Positions 46,786 through 60,301 of a stretch of DNA of 64,000 nt are shown piece by piece. Where the stretch lies: the NCBI GenBank assembly GCA_964016885.1, contig OZ024741.1:359724001-359788000 (forward strand), given 5' to 3'. A program made the translations under genes and the position numbers. Under the pieces are notes generated by a model that had not been told where the DNA came from, did no database searches, and saw only the letters and a program-made list of their open reading frames with translations. Position 1 is the first letter of the stretch. Each line of letters begins with the position of its first letter. The DNA comes from Eledone cirrhosa (lineage: Eukaryota).

Positions 46786-48151
46786 AGGAATGTTAAAAAT
46801 ATAGAGAACTGTCTGAAACCATGAAGGGAGCTATTATTTAACAAACTGAGCTGTACATAGCAATAATCATATAGTATGAAGTGCAGCCAGTAACATGGTT
46901 TCTAATTGTGGAATGTTGATTCCTTTTTTTTTTTTTTTTTTTTTTTTACTTTCAAGGGCCAACTTTATAGGATTCTAAATAATACCTTAATACCTTTTGT
47001 ATGTGACATTATATGGGGCCATATAACTTATAGTAACTTCATGGTTAATTAGGAATGTTTCAACCTAGCAAACATGATGGTATCTTCCTCCTTTTAATTA
47101 ACTGTACTTATGTTGGCATTTACCCAGGATGAATTGAGGCAGCTTCAACCAATGCATCAACATAGTTGCAAACAAAGGCCACTTATGCACAGCAATCATA
47201 GATGTCCAATGCTGATATTACTAGCTAGTCATGGTTCCAACAGAGGATACTATATATGTAAGGATCAGATATTTGTTCAAGAGCCAACTTGATCAGACCA
47301 ATCCACAATTTCAATTGCATGCCTTGCAGTTTATGCCATCCCAGGAGGGGTTCAGGTGAGACTGCATTGTGGATGAGTTCGCCTTATAGATGACAGAATG
47401 CATGGTCAAACCAATGGAGGCACCTATTGAGAAAGATTTGTTAAGGAAAATAAACAATGCCATTCCAAAAATAGAGAAAAGAGGGATAGGCAAATTAAAA
47501 ATAAGAAAGTTCAAATGGACATGTAACTTAAAAGAAAAAATATCTTTCGAACTATAAAAGCTAGGTTTAATTTTTAATTTTATTACATACATGGGAATTG
47601 GTGCAGTCATGCTGTACTTCCATATGGATGATATATTGTAAAAAGGTGTATCTATATTAAAAATAGCATAAACATTGTTGTTGATATAATACACTCATGT
47701 AAATGTACTATGATTCTCATTCAACAAACTGGCAACCAGTTTAGGGCATTATTTACCAGGCAATACCAAGTAGAAAGTTTAATATTTATCTAAAATCCTT
47801 CCATCATAATTTTATATAAGAACATTTGTTAAATTATAGTCCAAACACGAGCTTAATGGCAAAATTAGTTATTTTACCAAATCTCTCCAAATTCTTGATT
47901 ATTTTCAAAATTATTTGAAAATCATAGGCAGTTTTTTTTTTTTATTAGAAATATGGTAATGAAAGGGTTAAAGACTTGAAATACTGAAATCAATATGCAC
48001 CAGGACTTAATATCCAAATGTAACACACAGACAGAGTAAGTCTTATCATATAGAAAAAAAAAAAAAAAAAATTAATATTTAAAATAAGTTAATCTTAAGA
48101 TTCTAAGCTTAAAATGCTTGACCTTATTGTTAAACCCACATATATACTGTA

Positions 48152-49288
48152 AAGGGTGTAACAGGTAAATTAGGACAAGTTCCAAATAGGTATATTTCTA
48201 ATTGTATAGATTTTGTTGGAGTCTAAATTTTAAATATTACCAGCTTGAATAATCACTTGTACTATTATTTAGTTTAGATTCAACAAATTATGGTCTACTG
48301 TTTTTAGAGTTGTAGCCAATTTGAAGAAAAGTCGGGATGTTCAGAGAAATCCTCACAGTTCTCGCAGTGACCAAAAATGCACACCTCGCTTCTTAGCAGG
48401 ACTTAAAAGATCATTTGAGTAGAGCCCATCAAAATCGATGGTGAAGTTGGCTCAAGTTCAAGCGATCAGCGAATTCTAGGGCTGTGAGACAAGACCTCCA
48501 TATGAAATCATACGTGAGGAGACACCATAACATCCTAACTACCTACTGCAAAGCTGAAAGAAGTCCCAAACTTCTTAATCATCTGAAACATTGTGGATGA
48601 AAAGAAGTTCATGTTAGACAAAGTTGCAAACTGTCAAAACTCAAGTGATAAAGGATAACCTTTTCCAAGTTCTTTCATCTATGCATAGCAAGAATCCAGC
48701 TTCCATTATGGTCATTGGAGCTGTTGCAAGTGATGGGATATTGATGTCTCATTTTATTGAAGCGGGTCTTAAAATCAACACAGCAAAGTATCTCAAAATT
48801 TTAGACGTTTTGTTGCCTTGGATTAGGAAGCATTAGGATGCAAGTCGAGCCATGTTTGAACAGGACTCCGTGCCCTCCCATTCTTCGAAAAGAGTGCAAA
48901 TATTTTTGAAGAAGGAATTGCCCATGTTTGTCCCTAAAGATATCTGGCTCTCTAGCTCGCGAGATGTGAATCCTTGTGATTTTTGGCTATGAGGTACAGT
49001 TGAAGCAATATCCAACTCAACTTCTCACAACTGTGTGTCTTCACTGAAGGCTTCAATCAAGTGAGGATTTGGTAAAATGAACAAGGAAGAAATAATGCAT
49101 GAGCATCATTTTGTAAATGGATTGAACTGGTAAAGAAAGCAAATGGTGGTTACATTGAACTGAAATAAGTGCTAAACACTCCACAATAAATTGGCATAAA
49201 CATAAAATTTGCAGTATTTGATTTTTCCAAGTTATACCAATTATAATAAAGATATTTAAAATGGTCCCAATTTACCTGTTACACCCCG
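48152..49288 (+). mobile_element. Decayed Tc1/mariner DD37D (maT) transposon
   Basis: TIRs GGGTGTAACAGGTAAATTRGGAC at both ends, flanked by TA; remnants KNPASIMVIGAVASDG and QD-x37-D (QDSVPSH...SRDVNPCD). Confidence 0.88.
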
Positions 49289-49936
49289 TATGTGTGGGTT
49301 TGGCAGTTAGTCCAATGCCATAGCATGAGTTAACAATCTGATTAGTCATGTCACATGTTATGCACTGGCTAAATTCATGTATAGATAATGTGTTGATATT
49401 CTCACTAACACGCACTCATGTGTGAGCGTGTCATTATATAAATATGTAAGCTATTATTGAATGTAGCTATTTGCATTGATAATGAAATTCTTTACAGTGG
49501 TTAATTAGCATCTGTCTGTAGTATGATAGAAAGCTGATTTAACAAAGCATTATTATTATTAAATTGATGGCAAGGATGGTGGATTGGCAGAATTGTTAGG
49601 GCGTAGGACAAAATTCCATGTAGGTACTTGTTTTGACTACTTTTGGAGTTAACCTCCTGCAGAGTGAGAGAAAGGACGTGAAAAAGAGATCTAGAGGAAC
49701 AATTAACCGCAGTTCTATACTGGTACTTCTTTTATCAACCTCAAAAGAATAAAATGTAAAGCTGACCTCGGCCAGAACGAATACTGCAAAGCATTCTATC
49801 TAACATTTTAACAACTCTGCCAATTTGCCACCTTACTAGCTAAATACAAATGAAAAATTGCTCAGAAACACACACACATAAATCATTTTACATCCACTTT
49901 CCATGCAGGCATGGGTTGGACAGGTTATCACAGTCT

Positions 49937-50433
49937 GAGACAAGACGGGGCCACATCTTGCTCATAGGTTTCATTTTTTTTGTAGACAAGACAGGACCAC
50001 ATCTTGCTCATAGATTTCATTTTTTTGTAGACAAGACAGGACCACATCTTGCTCATAGGTTTCATTTTTTTTGTAGACAAGACAGGACCACATCTTGCTC
50101 ATAGATTTCATTTTTTTGTAGACAAGACAGGACCACATCTTGCTCATAGGTTTCATTTTTTTGTAGACAAGACAGGACCACATCTTGCTCATAGATTTCA
50201 TTTTTTTGTAGACAAGACAGGACCACATCTTGCTCATAGGTTTCATTTTTTTGTAGACAAGACAGGACCACATCTTGCTCATAGATTTCATTTTTTTGTA
50301 GACAAGACAGGACCACATTTTGCTCATTGATTTCATTTTTTTGTAGACAAGACAGGACCACATCTTGCTCATAGATTTCATTTTTTTGTAGACAAGACAG
50401 GACCACATCTTGCTCATAGGTTTCATTTTTTTG
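49937..50433. repeat. 45-46 bp minisatellite, ~11 copies, inside a minus-strand SINE
   Basis: Unit GTAGACAAGACAGGACCACATCTTGCTCATAGRTTTCA(T)n; SINE tail at 49885-49925 and SINE body TTTCTACAGCTG at 50439. Confidence 0.93.
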
Positions 50434-51154
50434 TACGATTTCTACAGCTGTGCATGTGTGTGTGTATGTGTGTATTTCTGTATGTTCATTGTCATGGGTA
50501 CGTATGTGTGCATTAGCTCACATGAATGTGTGTTACATCACATGAGTATTTGACAGAGCTCACATGAGTGTTTGTATGTGAATTGTCAAAGGTGTGTTTG
50601 TGTAAGAGAGCTCACGAGTATTCATGTGTTGTATTTATTTACAGATATTTGAAAACATTGTTTTAGGTCACTTATGCTAGATTGATTTTGTTTATTCAAC
50701 AGCTTGGAAAATGGATGGTGTCCATTGATACATGGACAATGCATATTATTTTTCTACACCCACCAATGTTGATGGGCAGTGCATATAGTTTTTCTACAGA
50801 CACTAACATTGCCAGACAATTTATGTAAATAAGCAGCTATAACTGTCAAATACATAAATCTGAATGTAGATATATCTAGAACAAATGGAAAGTAATTATT
50901 GAATGTTCCTGTTTGTAAATAATACACTCCGAAAACAAAGCCAATAACAAACAAAACATCCTGTGAATAAGACTCTAGAATTCCAAACTCGTAACTAATA
51001 CACTCATAAAAACAAAGCCACTCATTAACTAAATGTCTATATTAGAACTAAGACATCCTCCATAATCCCTACCTCAGACATCATCCATATTTCCCAACGC
51101 CTGACCAGCTCTAAATATGAGTATGGGGGATACAGACTTTTTCAAGCTGGAGTC

Positions 51155-51932
51155 AGCTTTTCTACAGACACCAACATTGCTGGGACAGTGTATATAGCTT
51201 TTATACAGACACCAACATTGCTGGGACAGTGTATATAGCTTTTATACAGACACCAACATTGCTGGGACAATGTATATAGCTTTTATATAGACACCAACAT
51301 TGCTGGGACAATATATATAGCTTTTCTACAGACACCAACATTGCTGGGACAATATATATAGCTTTTCTACAGACACCAACATTGCTGGGACAGTGTATAT
51401 AGCTTTTCTACAGGCACCCACACTGGAATACAGTGTTTATAGCTTTTCTACAAACACCAACATTGAAAGAGTGTATATAGCTTTTCTACAAACACTAACA
51501 TTGCTGGGACAGTGTACATAGCTTTTCAAGATACCAACATTGCTGGACAGTGTATATAGCTTTTATACAGACACCAACATTGCTGGGACAATGTATATAG
51601 CTTTTATATAGACACCAACATTGCTGGGACAATATATATAGCTTTTCTACAGACACCAACATTGCTGGGACAATATATATAGCTTTTCTACAGACACCAA
51701 CATTGCTGGGACAATATATATAGCTTTTCTACAGACACCAACATTGCTGGGACAGTGTATATAGCTTTTCTACAGGCACCCACACTGGAATACAGTGTTT
51801 ATAGCTTTTCTACAAACACCAACATTGAAAGAGTGTATATAGCTTTTCTACAAACACTAACATTGCTGGGACAGTGTACATAGCTTTTCAAGATACCAAC
51901 ATTGCTGGACAGTGTATATAGCTTTTCTACAG
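51155..51932. repeat. 41-bp minisatellite with higher-order duplication
   Basis: Unit AGCTTTTCTACAGACACCAACATTGCTGGGACAGTGTATAT; the variant block recurs at a ~362 bp offset. Confidence 0.92.
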
Positions 51933-53334
51933 CTATCAGAGATAAGTGAAACTAATTACTGAAAGTTAGTGTTGTTTGTTTGAATTGCTACAGGTTGGTA
52001 ACAGAAAATATATTCCAGTAGGATGCAAATGAGAGGAAGAATTGAGCAAAGAAGAGGTGTGAAATGAGATATAATGGAGATGGAAGGTGTATGGGGGAAG
52101 ACATCAAAAAGAGGAAAGATAGCAAGGATGTGATGAAGGAAAAATAAATAATATCCAACAAATTCAAAAGAGCATAAGCTATTGTAGTAACAGTGGAAGA
52201 GACATCTAGAGCATACTCAATGGTTACAGATACACAGAAAAGGACATATACACCAGTGGGCCATTCCAACATTTTGGTGGTCCACAGTAAGTTTTATGTC
52301 CTACTGTGTTGTGTAATGCAACTAAAGGTACATTTATATTTGGTGGTACATGAAGTTTTCCCTATGAACTTTGTAGACAACCTTCTGAAAAGGGTTGTAT
52401 GTTACTGGTCAATGAAAGAGTGTTCAGAATAGTAAACTATCGCAAACATTTAAACTGTACTCCAGTAGTCTGCGTTATCATGTAAATGAGGTTAAACATT
52501 ACAAAATGCAAACAGAGTATACACCATCATCCTTTCTGTGTTCATTTTTCCATATTTGCATATGTTAGATGATGTTCTTTCCCTGCGATAAGTCTGGTTG
52601 AGGCCCCTCTCCATCTTACCTCTTGCACACAACGTACATCTCATCTGTGATGCATCATCTCCACAATTTCATTTGTTCTACATTTCATTATGCTGACATT
52701 AATATATTTTTTGGTTTGTAACATACAGTCATGGCTATGTGAACAACATCCAGTAATAATTTTGAAGTTATTATAGTCAGTTAGTTACACTTAGTATTTG
52801 TAGCAAATGTGGTGAAGTTTCAAGTTGTATATTGGTCAAAATCCTGTTATAGTTGTATATATTTGCGTTGTGGTACAATCGATTGGGAATATATGATACC
52901 TTGCGCAAGTATCTTCTGTTATAGCCTTCAGTTGACCTGCCTTGTTTGTAGGATTTGGTAGATGAAAACTGTAAAGAAGCCCATCATATATATACATGTG
53001 TGTGTGTGTGTCTACAGTTACAGTATGTTTATGTCCAATAACTTAGCAATAAAATAAGAACCAGACTTGAAAAAAAAAATTACTTCTAGGTTCAATCATT
53101 ATATTTCTACTATTTCATGCTTGCATGGGTTAAACTAAACCCTTGAAAGTGATACCCCAGCATGGCTGCACTCTAATGATTGAAACCAGTGAAATAATTA
53201 AAACATATGTGGAGACCCTTTATGCCAAGCAGCAATTAAAGCAGTAACAATAAAAAAAAAACAATTATATAAAACTACATCCTTTTAGTAGTAAAATTTT
53301 TTCTGTGTATATTCCATTTTTTATTTAGAATAAT

Positions 53335-53655
53335 ACTGTAAATGTGGTTGGTGTTAGAAAGGGCATCCAGTTGTAAAAACCCTGACCAAACTTACAATCC
53401 CGTCAAAGCAAGGTATGGTGTGGCCAATCCTGGCCAGACATCTCTCGCAAGGATGACCCATCTGACCCATGCAAACATGGAAAAATGGACATCAAACGGT
53501 GATAATGATAAGCACTCCATATCCCTGCATGTTGAAAGAGGTGACAAAGAGACTTTGCATCAGAAAGGGCATCCAGTTGTAAATCATTTTCTCAAACCAT
53601 CCTATCCAAACCGATGCCAACAGTGGAAAAGTGGATGTAAAAATTATGATGATGT
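53335..53655 (+). mobile_element. Two tandem SINE 3' parts
   Basis: GGTTGGTGTTAGAAAGGGCATCCAG body and ACCCATGC...GGAAAA..GGA..GATGAT tails. Confidence 0.7.
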
Positions 53656-54039
53656 AAACATAAATCCATGGACTCCATTAGGGTTATTAGTCTTTTGACT
53701 ATCCCTTGCTACACACACACACACACACACACACACGCACGCAGGCAACATAGATTAGTCTAACTGGAGTAACTTCAGTAAACATTGGGAACTGATAATA
53801 TCTGGTGAAAATGGATAGTAGACAGATATGATTAATACAAGCAGTATAAAACTGTTATTCCACTTCATTATGTTATAAAATAATTAATGTATTTCTATAG
53901 AAACAGTTAGTTGTTATGAGATGATGTTGATGCTGCTGATAAATATCTGGCCAGTCGTGAATGAGCAGAGCCATGAACAAAAGAGTTCTATCCATAACCA
54001 GTCTGTATTTTTAGATAGAATTTATCTTAGAATTGTGAA

Positions 54040-54447
54040 TATGTATAGCATAGTGGTTAGGATGTTCACCTCAAAATCCTAAGGTTGCGAGTTCGATTCC
54101 CAATGGTGTATTGTATCCTTAAGCAAGATACATTATTTCATGTTAATCCAGTCCACTCAGTTGGAAAATATAAGCCCCACACTGTAAATGTGGTTGGTGT
54201 TAGGAAGGGCATCCAGCTGTAGAAAACCCACCAGACAGTCCACGCTGTAATGTGGCCGTGTAGGCAACACGGTAAAAACCTCCCAGCCCCACACTGTAAA
54301 TGTGGTTGGTGTTAGGAAGGGCATCCAACTGTAGAAAACCCGCCAGACAGTCCTATGCGAGCAAGACAACCACTCTTGCCTCAAGTGGGAAAACCCCCGT
54401 CCAAACCCATGCAAGCGTGGAACACGGACGCTAAACCTGATGATGAA
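54040..54447 (+). mobile_element. tRNA-head, CORE-like SINE joined to RTE 3' UTR
   Basis: A box TAGCATAGTGG, B box GAGTTCGATTCC, TCCTTAAGCAAGATACA core, 3' UTR modules, (GAT)n tail. Confidence 0.75.
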
Positions 54448-54852
54448 GTTGTGCATGTAATCCTAAGCTGCAGCCTTGACACACATTGTGTCATGCTGAT
54501 TCTCCCTGAGAACTATGTTAAATGTACATGTGTCTGTACAATGCTCAGCAACTTGCATGTTTCATTAATCAAACAACTGGAATGTTCGCTATAGGAACAT
54601 GTGCACACATACATCTTAGGGATGAATAGTGAAGATGTTCACCTCACAACTGAAAGATTCTGGATTCAGTCTCATTGCATGGCATCTTGGGCACATGTCT
54701 TTTTTTTTACCATAGGCTTGGGTCAATACTGGATGCTCATCAGATGGGCTGTACCAGTAATTCAAAGGTCCAGCTTTGTTTCACACCGTTACACTTTGAG
54801 AATTATGTTAAGGGTACATGTATCATTATCTTAGACTACATCATTCAATGTT

Positions 54853-55500
54853 CATCATCATCATCATCATTTTACGTCCGCTTTTCCCTGCTTGCAAGGG
54901 TGGGACGGGTCTTATTCAGCACAGCATCTCTCCACCCGTCACGGTCCCTCGTCATCTCCACCGTGAGCTTCAATGATCTGAGGTCTGTTCTCACCACCTC
55001 CGCCCATGTTTTTCGTGGTCTACCTCTACCACGTCTTCCTTCAACTGGCAATTCCTGGCACTTCTTCACCCATCGGTCATCCTCCATGCGCATCACGTGT
55101 CCATACCACCTCAGTCTCCTCTCCCGTACACTACATTCTATCCCTCTCAGACACAGTTTCTCTCTCAACACATTTAAGCTGGGTCGTTCACGCACATTTA
55201 CACTGCACATCCAACGGAGCATTCTTGCCTCATTTCTCTCCAGCCGTCGCATGTCCTCTGCAGTTACTGCACATGTGTCACTACCATGCAGCATCGCGCT
55301 CCTCACACAGGCATCATACAACCGGCCTTTTGTACGCAGGGAGAAACCCTTCTTCGTCAACAGAGGAAGCAGCTCCCTAAACTTCTTCCAACCCGTCCTT
55401 ATTCTAGATACTATGGCCTCGGAACACCCTCCTCCCATGCTAATCTGATCTCCTAGGTACCGGAAGCTATCCACCACTTCTATAGCGCCCTCCTGCATCC
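54853..55500 (-). mobile_element. 5'-truncated RTE LINE (3' end)
   Basis: ORF 54872-55498: [36 protein letters not shown]; (GAT)n tail directly after the stop. Confidence 0.92.
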
Positions 55501-55689
55501 TATAAAAATAAAAAAAACATGATGGGGATTTAAGAGATTTGGCTGCTATTTCTTACAGATTAAGTTACCACATAGGGGCCTTCTTCATTGATAACAAAAA
55601 CTAAATTTATAGCTCTCACTTTTGTAGGTTTAGCTGACCTCCTATGAGGTTGCATCTCATAGGAGGTTTCTCGGGTGTTTTAATGCTAA

Positions 55690-55785
55690 TAATCTTACTC
55701 AACAACACAATGCCCCACTCAATCCAGGAATTGAACCCACAGCATTATGAAAATGGGTTCAACACCCTAACCAATAGGCCACATG
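55690..55785 (-). mobile_element. Degenerate tRNA-derived SINE head (similar heads at 56296-56357 minus and 56655-56730 plus)
   Basis: TGGCCTATTGGTTAGG A box and GGTTCAATTCC B box on minus. Confidence 0.55.
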
Positions 55786-57232
55786 CTTTCAAATTCATGA
55801 CAGAAGATATATCTAACATTCTGGGTAATGAAGAGTCAGTATGTCTAATGTTTCTCTTCTTCCTTGCACTAACAAACACATGTAGAGTTTTCTTGAAATC
55901 TAGCAGACTATTACTAAAATTAATTTTTTTGTGCACATATAATCATACAAATATCAGTTAGTCAGAAATGTGATATTCAATACACACATATTTATATATA
56001 TATGTGAGTAGAGGGAATGTGTAACTATAATGATTAACAACATTCACTAAGTAACAGCTTTGATTAAGATCACAATAACATGCATTTCAATAGCAGACAT
56101 GGCTTGTCAACCTATATATGGCTGTGTAAATGGAGACATGGGTAGGCACAGGCATGGTTGTATAGGATGAAATCAAACTGAAATTTACAGCTCACGCTGG
56201 CAAATGCAGGTTTAGCTGGCCTCATAGATGGTTGCATTTCAGAGGTGGTATCCTGGTCACTGGTCCTATCATGAAAAGTAACATAAAAATGAAGTGTTTA
56301 GCTCACCAGGAATTGAAACCACTTATGATTGAGAGTCAAACATCCTAACCACTAGACTGTGTAGGTGCAGATATAGGTGAAATCATGGCAGTGTAGGCCC
56401 TTGTAGGGTTGCATATGTGTAAATAGGGCTGTGTAGGCCCATGTAAGGCTGTACAGGCATGGGCATGGCTGTGTAGGCGTTCACATGGCTGTGTAAGCCC
56501 ATGCAGGGTTGTGTATGTGTAAATAGGGCTATGTAGTCTCATGTAAGTCGGGCTGTGTAGGGGTTGCTAGGTCTGTGTAGGGGTTGCTAGGTCTGTGTAG
56601 ATGTTTCTAGGTTTGTGTAGGTGTTGCTAGGTTTGTGTAGGTGTTGCTAGGTTTGTGTGGTTAAAAATTTCGCTTCTGAACCATGCAATTTCAGGTTCAG
56701 TTACACTACATAGCACCTTGGGCAAATGTGTTCCGCTCTGTAGGTCAACTAAAGCTGTAAATTTCTATTTCATGTTATTCAATGACCAATATTATTTTCA
56801 AGGATGAGATACAACTTTGAATAGATTTTGATCCTATTAGACATCCTCAATGAAGCATATACTTTACCATACTTGCTGAAGCAGTCATGAGAGATTGACA
56901 ATATTTTTACTGGAGGAGACATGTAAAATCATCATCATCAGCAGCAGCACCGTTTAACATCTATTTACCATGTGTGCATAGGTTAGGCGGGCTGTCATGT
57001 ACCGAGGCTAAACTAGTCAGGTGACTACAACTTGCTTGTATGCTCCATTTTTAGCTTGGTTTCTATGGCTGGATGCCCTTCCTAATGTCGACTACTTTAC
57101 AGTGTGTACTGGGAGTATTTTATCATGATTCCAGCACTACCACCTTACAAGATGGACTGAGTGTTTTTTATCATGGCACCAACATTACCACTTTACAGAG
57201 TGGGCTGGGTGCATTTTATCATGCCACCAATA

Positions 57233-57680
57233 TCATCATCATCATCATCAGGTTTAGCGTCCGCGCTCCACGCTTGCATGGGTTTGGACGGGGGTTTTCC
57301 CACTTGAGGCAAGAGTGGTTGTCTTGCTCGCATAGGACTGTCTGGCGGGTTTTCTACAGTTGGATGCCCTTCCTAACACCAACCACATTTACAGTGTGGG
57401 GCTGGGAGGTTTTTACCGTGTTGCCTACACGGCCACATTACAGCGTGGACTGTCTGGCGGGTTTCCTACAGCTGGATGCCCTTCCTAACACCAACCACAT
57501 TTACAGTGTGGGGCTGGGAGGTTTTTACCGTGTTGCCTACACGGCCACATTTACAGCGTGGACTGTGTGTTTTTTTGTCGTGACACCTACACGATCTCAT
57601 TTGTTTCGGCCTGGATGTTGTGGGACCAACATAACTTTACATTGAAAGGGGCGGTGTGGATGGGGTGGAGGTGGTGGGAC
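57233..57680 (-). mobile_element. RTE 3' UTR-only copy
   Basis: Reverse complement matches 63170-63499 and 54174-54447. Confidence 0.85.
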
Positions 57681-57840
57681 ATATATCTATATATATCACT
57701 GATATTAATTGATCAGAGATGTCATCTACATGAAATCAATAGTTAAATTAGTGGTTGTAGAGAGCTAATAAGACCGAAACATATACAGAGTTGTCTCCTG
57801 TACTTGCTGAAATGATTAAAAGAATATTAGTCACTGAATT

Positions 57841-58542
57841 TTTTTTTTTTTTTTTTTAACTTCCTAACGGCTTTATTGTGTTGTATCGGATGAAAGAATG
57901 GTATTTAACTAATGTATTGGTATGCGATGGGGCCCACCCACAGCCCCGGCGGACATAATGGAAAAGGCGTTTGCCCGGAGGACGGCAAGGGAGACGCGCT
58001 GGAAAAGCCACTCCAACGGCTGGCCAATCAGCACCTATGGTGGTGAGTAAGGCGGTAGCCCTGGGGAACGACCGCAAACCTGTCGGAGAGCGACCAGTAT
58101 TTGAGGACTTTAGCCTCCTCAGCCCGACACGCAGCAGAACCTGGGTCAGTCGCAGACTGCACCAGGATGCGGCTGTAGAAAGTGTCGGTGCAAGTGGCAT
58201 CCCAGACGAGGGGTTTGCCACCGTGGAACGGGAAGATTGTCATGCCATCTGGCCTTTTGCTGTCCCCTCGATCCAGCCCCACCGGCTCGAGCTGGGAAGG
58301 GAAGCCTGCAGCGTTCAAGCCATGCTTAATGACCTCGTTGAGGGCAGCATGGCGTGGAATGCGGCCGGCACTGTGGCGACAGGAAAGCGGGTGGAGGCCG
58401 AAAGAATCCACGGTGGAACTGCAGTGACATTGGTGTGGCTGGCAGATCCGGAAGCCGAGCCTCAGGGAAACGCCGATTCGCAGGCTATGGTTGTCTAGCT
58501 GCGTGCCAGTGGAGAAGGAGGGCAGAGCATGGAGCCAGGCAC
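57841..58542 (-). mobile_element. 5'-truncated CRE-clade non-LTR element (RLE domain), poly-A tail, 9-bp TSD
   Basis: DSFGLHPLSC...RHAALN...EP..L...KRPDGMT..P...GKPLVWDATCTDT...EEAKVLKY; AATAAA plus A-tail; CACTGAATT at 57832-40 and 58543-51. Confidence 0.88.
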
Positions 58543-59589
58543 CACTGAATTAATGTTGCCTTTTTCTCCACTACATAAGTATTTAATTCTATGAAACCAG
58601 CCAATGGATTAAGTCTTCCAACCCAAATAGGCCAGAGTAGGATTTAAAGTCAGAATGTGTAAAGGGCATCTAGCCATAGAAACCATGCCTCCACTAGTTT
58701 CTTTCCCTCACATACCTCCCATACGGTTGTCACCCTGCCCCCTGACCTGCCACTATCCGAAGTTGAGCACTTCCTCCTTGCAAGGGGTTTGCATTTCATA
58801 CCCACCACATCCACATGCAATTAGTTCTGAACACGTGCTGAGGTTGAATGGTTATTATGTTGCCTTAGGCTTCAGGCATTTTTCTATATAATACACCATC
58901 AGCCCAAACAGACTGTTTTACAAGTCTCAGCCACCGTAAATCACAGTGGATGCCAAGTTCTGATCAGCTCAGCTCCCTTGATACATTTGTGGAAACTTGT
59001 CAATGTACTTTCAACTGCTTCAATTTTCAGAAGCACTCATCACACCAACCTTACTCAGGTTGAACTCTCCGCGGTACTGACTTAGTCTGTGATGACCCAT
59101 CCAACTCTTAATAACGGAGGAAAAAGGATGCTAAATGATGATGATGATATATATATATATATATAATTCAAAGGTCCAACAATTCAAAGACTGATTAATC
59201 TGTGGGTAATTCATGGGTGAAGAGTTCCAAGATGCCTGGTAGATATCCAAGTTCAAATAGTAGGTTGGCTGTGTAAGCATGGAAAAATAGTTCAAGAAAT
59301 GACAAGACAAATGCAGAAAAAGTCTTAGTATCACACTTAGGAGGAAGTCCTCCTAAGTGTGATACAAATGAGACTTTGTTTTTGCATCGCTGTGTTTGTC
59401 TAGTCATTTCTTGAACTATATATATATATATATATATCCCTTATCAAATGGAACAAAACCGTCTAACCCATGCTAGCGTGGAAGATGGACGTTAAACGAT
59501 GATGACGATTTAATCTAGTTTGGCCAGCATGCTTTCTTGGTGATGGTTAAGAGGGGCACAGTAAAGTGTTAAAAGATATGTTTATCTCA

Positions 59590-59673
59590 GGTTCAATCGG
59601 GGGTAACCACAGATTAAATATCTATTCTCTGCTATGTATTGAGTACCTTACTGTGGTTATCCCCAATTGAACC
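59590..59673. repeat. Imperfect 23-bp inverted repeat (MITE-like fold-back)
   Basis: GGTTCAATCGGGGGTAACCACAG ... CTGTGGTTATCCCCAATTGAACC. Confidence 0.6.
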
Positions 59674-59884
59674 CGGTATTAAAAAAATACATATATATAT
59701 ACACACACACACACACACTTTATAACTGTTGTGTTTACTCTGGACCCAATCTTTTAAACTTTCGTTCCATTGACTACTTTGTGATTGACAGACAAATCAA
59801 ATAGTATTTGCTGTGCAGCAGCTAAAACTTCACTTTATACCTATTATATATATATATAATATATATAATAGGTGTATATATATA

Positions 59885-60220
59885 TATAGTCAGTAGGCAC
59901 CTCTTAACCAAATATACACCCCAACCCATACCCCTACTCCCACCCACATCACCCTTTCTCTGTAAAGTTAGGTTGGTACCACAGAACATCCAGTCCACAT
60001 TAAAGAGGTGGTGTAGGTGTCACGACAAAAAGCACCCAGTCCACGCTCTAAAGTGGTCGTGTAGAAGACACGGTAAAAAAGCACCCAGTCCACACTGTAA
60101 ATGTGGTTGGTGTTGGGAAGGGCATCCAGCCGTAGAAAAGCTGCCAGATACAGTCCAATACAAGCAAGACACAGTCATCCGATCAATTCCCGTATAACCC
60201 ATGCTGGCATGGAAGATAGA
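59885..60220 (+). mobile_element. RTE 3' UTR-only copy
   Basis: Colinear with 63128-63470. Confidence 0.8.
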
Positions 60221-60256
60221 TATATATATATATATAATCATCATCATCGTTTAATA

Positions 60257-60301
<45 letters not shown>

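Noticed and set aside
47110-47500. Possible ancient LINE remnant
   Set aside because: No motif could be read with confidence.
54040-54115. tRNA gene (also 61085-61160)
   Set aside because: A/B boxes present but no cloverleaf; continues into a CORE-like SINE body.
56860-56925. Candidate first kinase exon (ATG...GTATGG on minus)
   Set aside because: Short peptide with no choline-kinase N-terminal resemblance; the upstream exon was not located.
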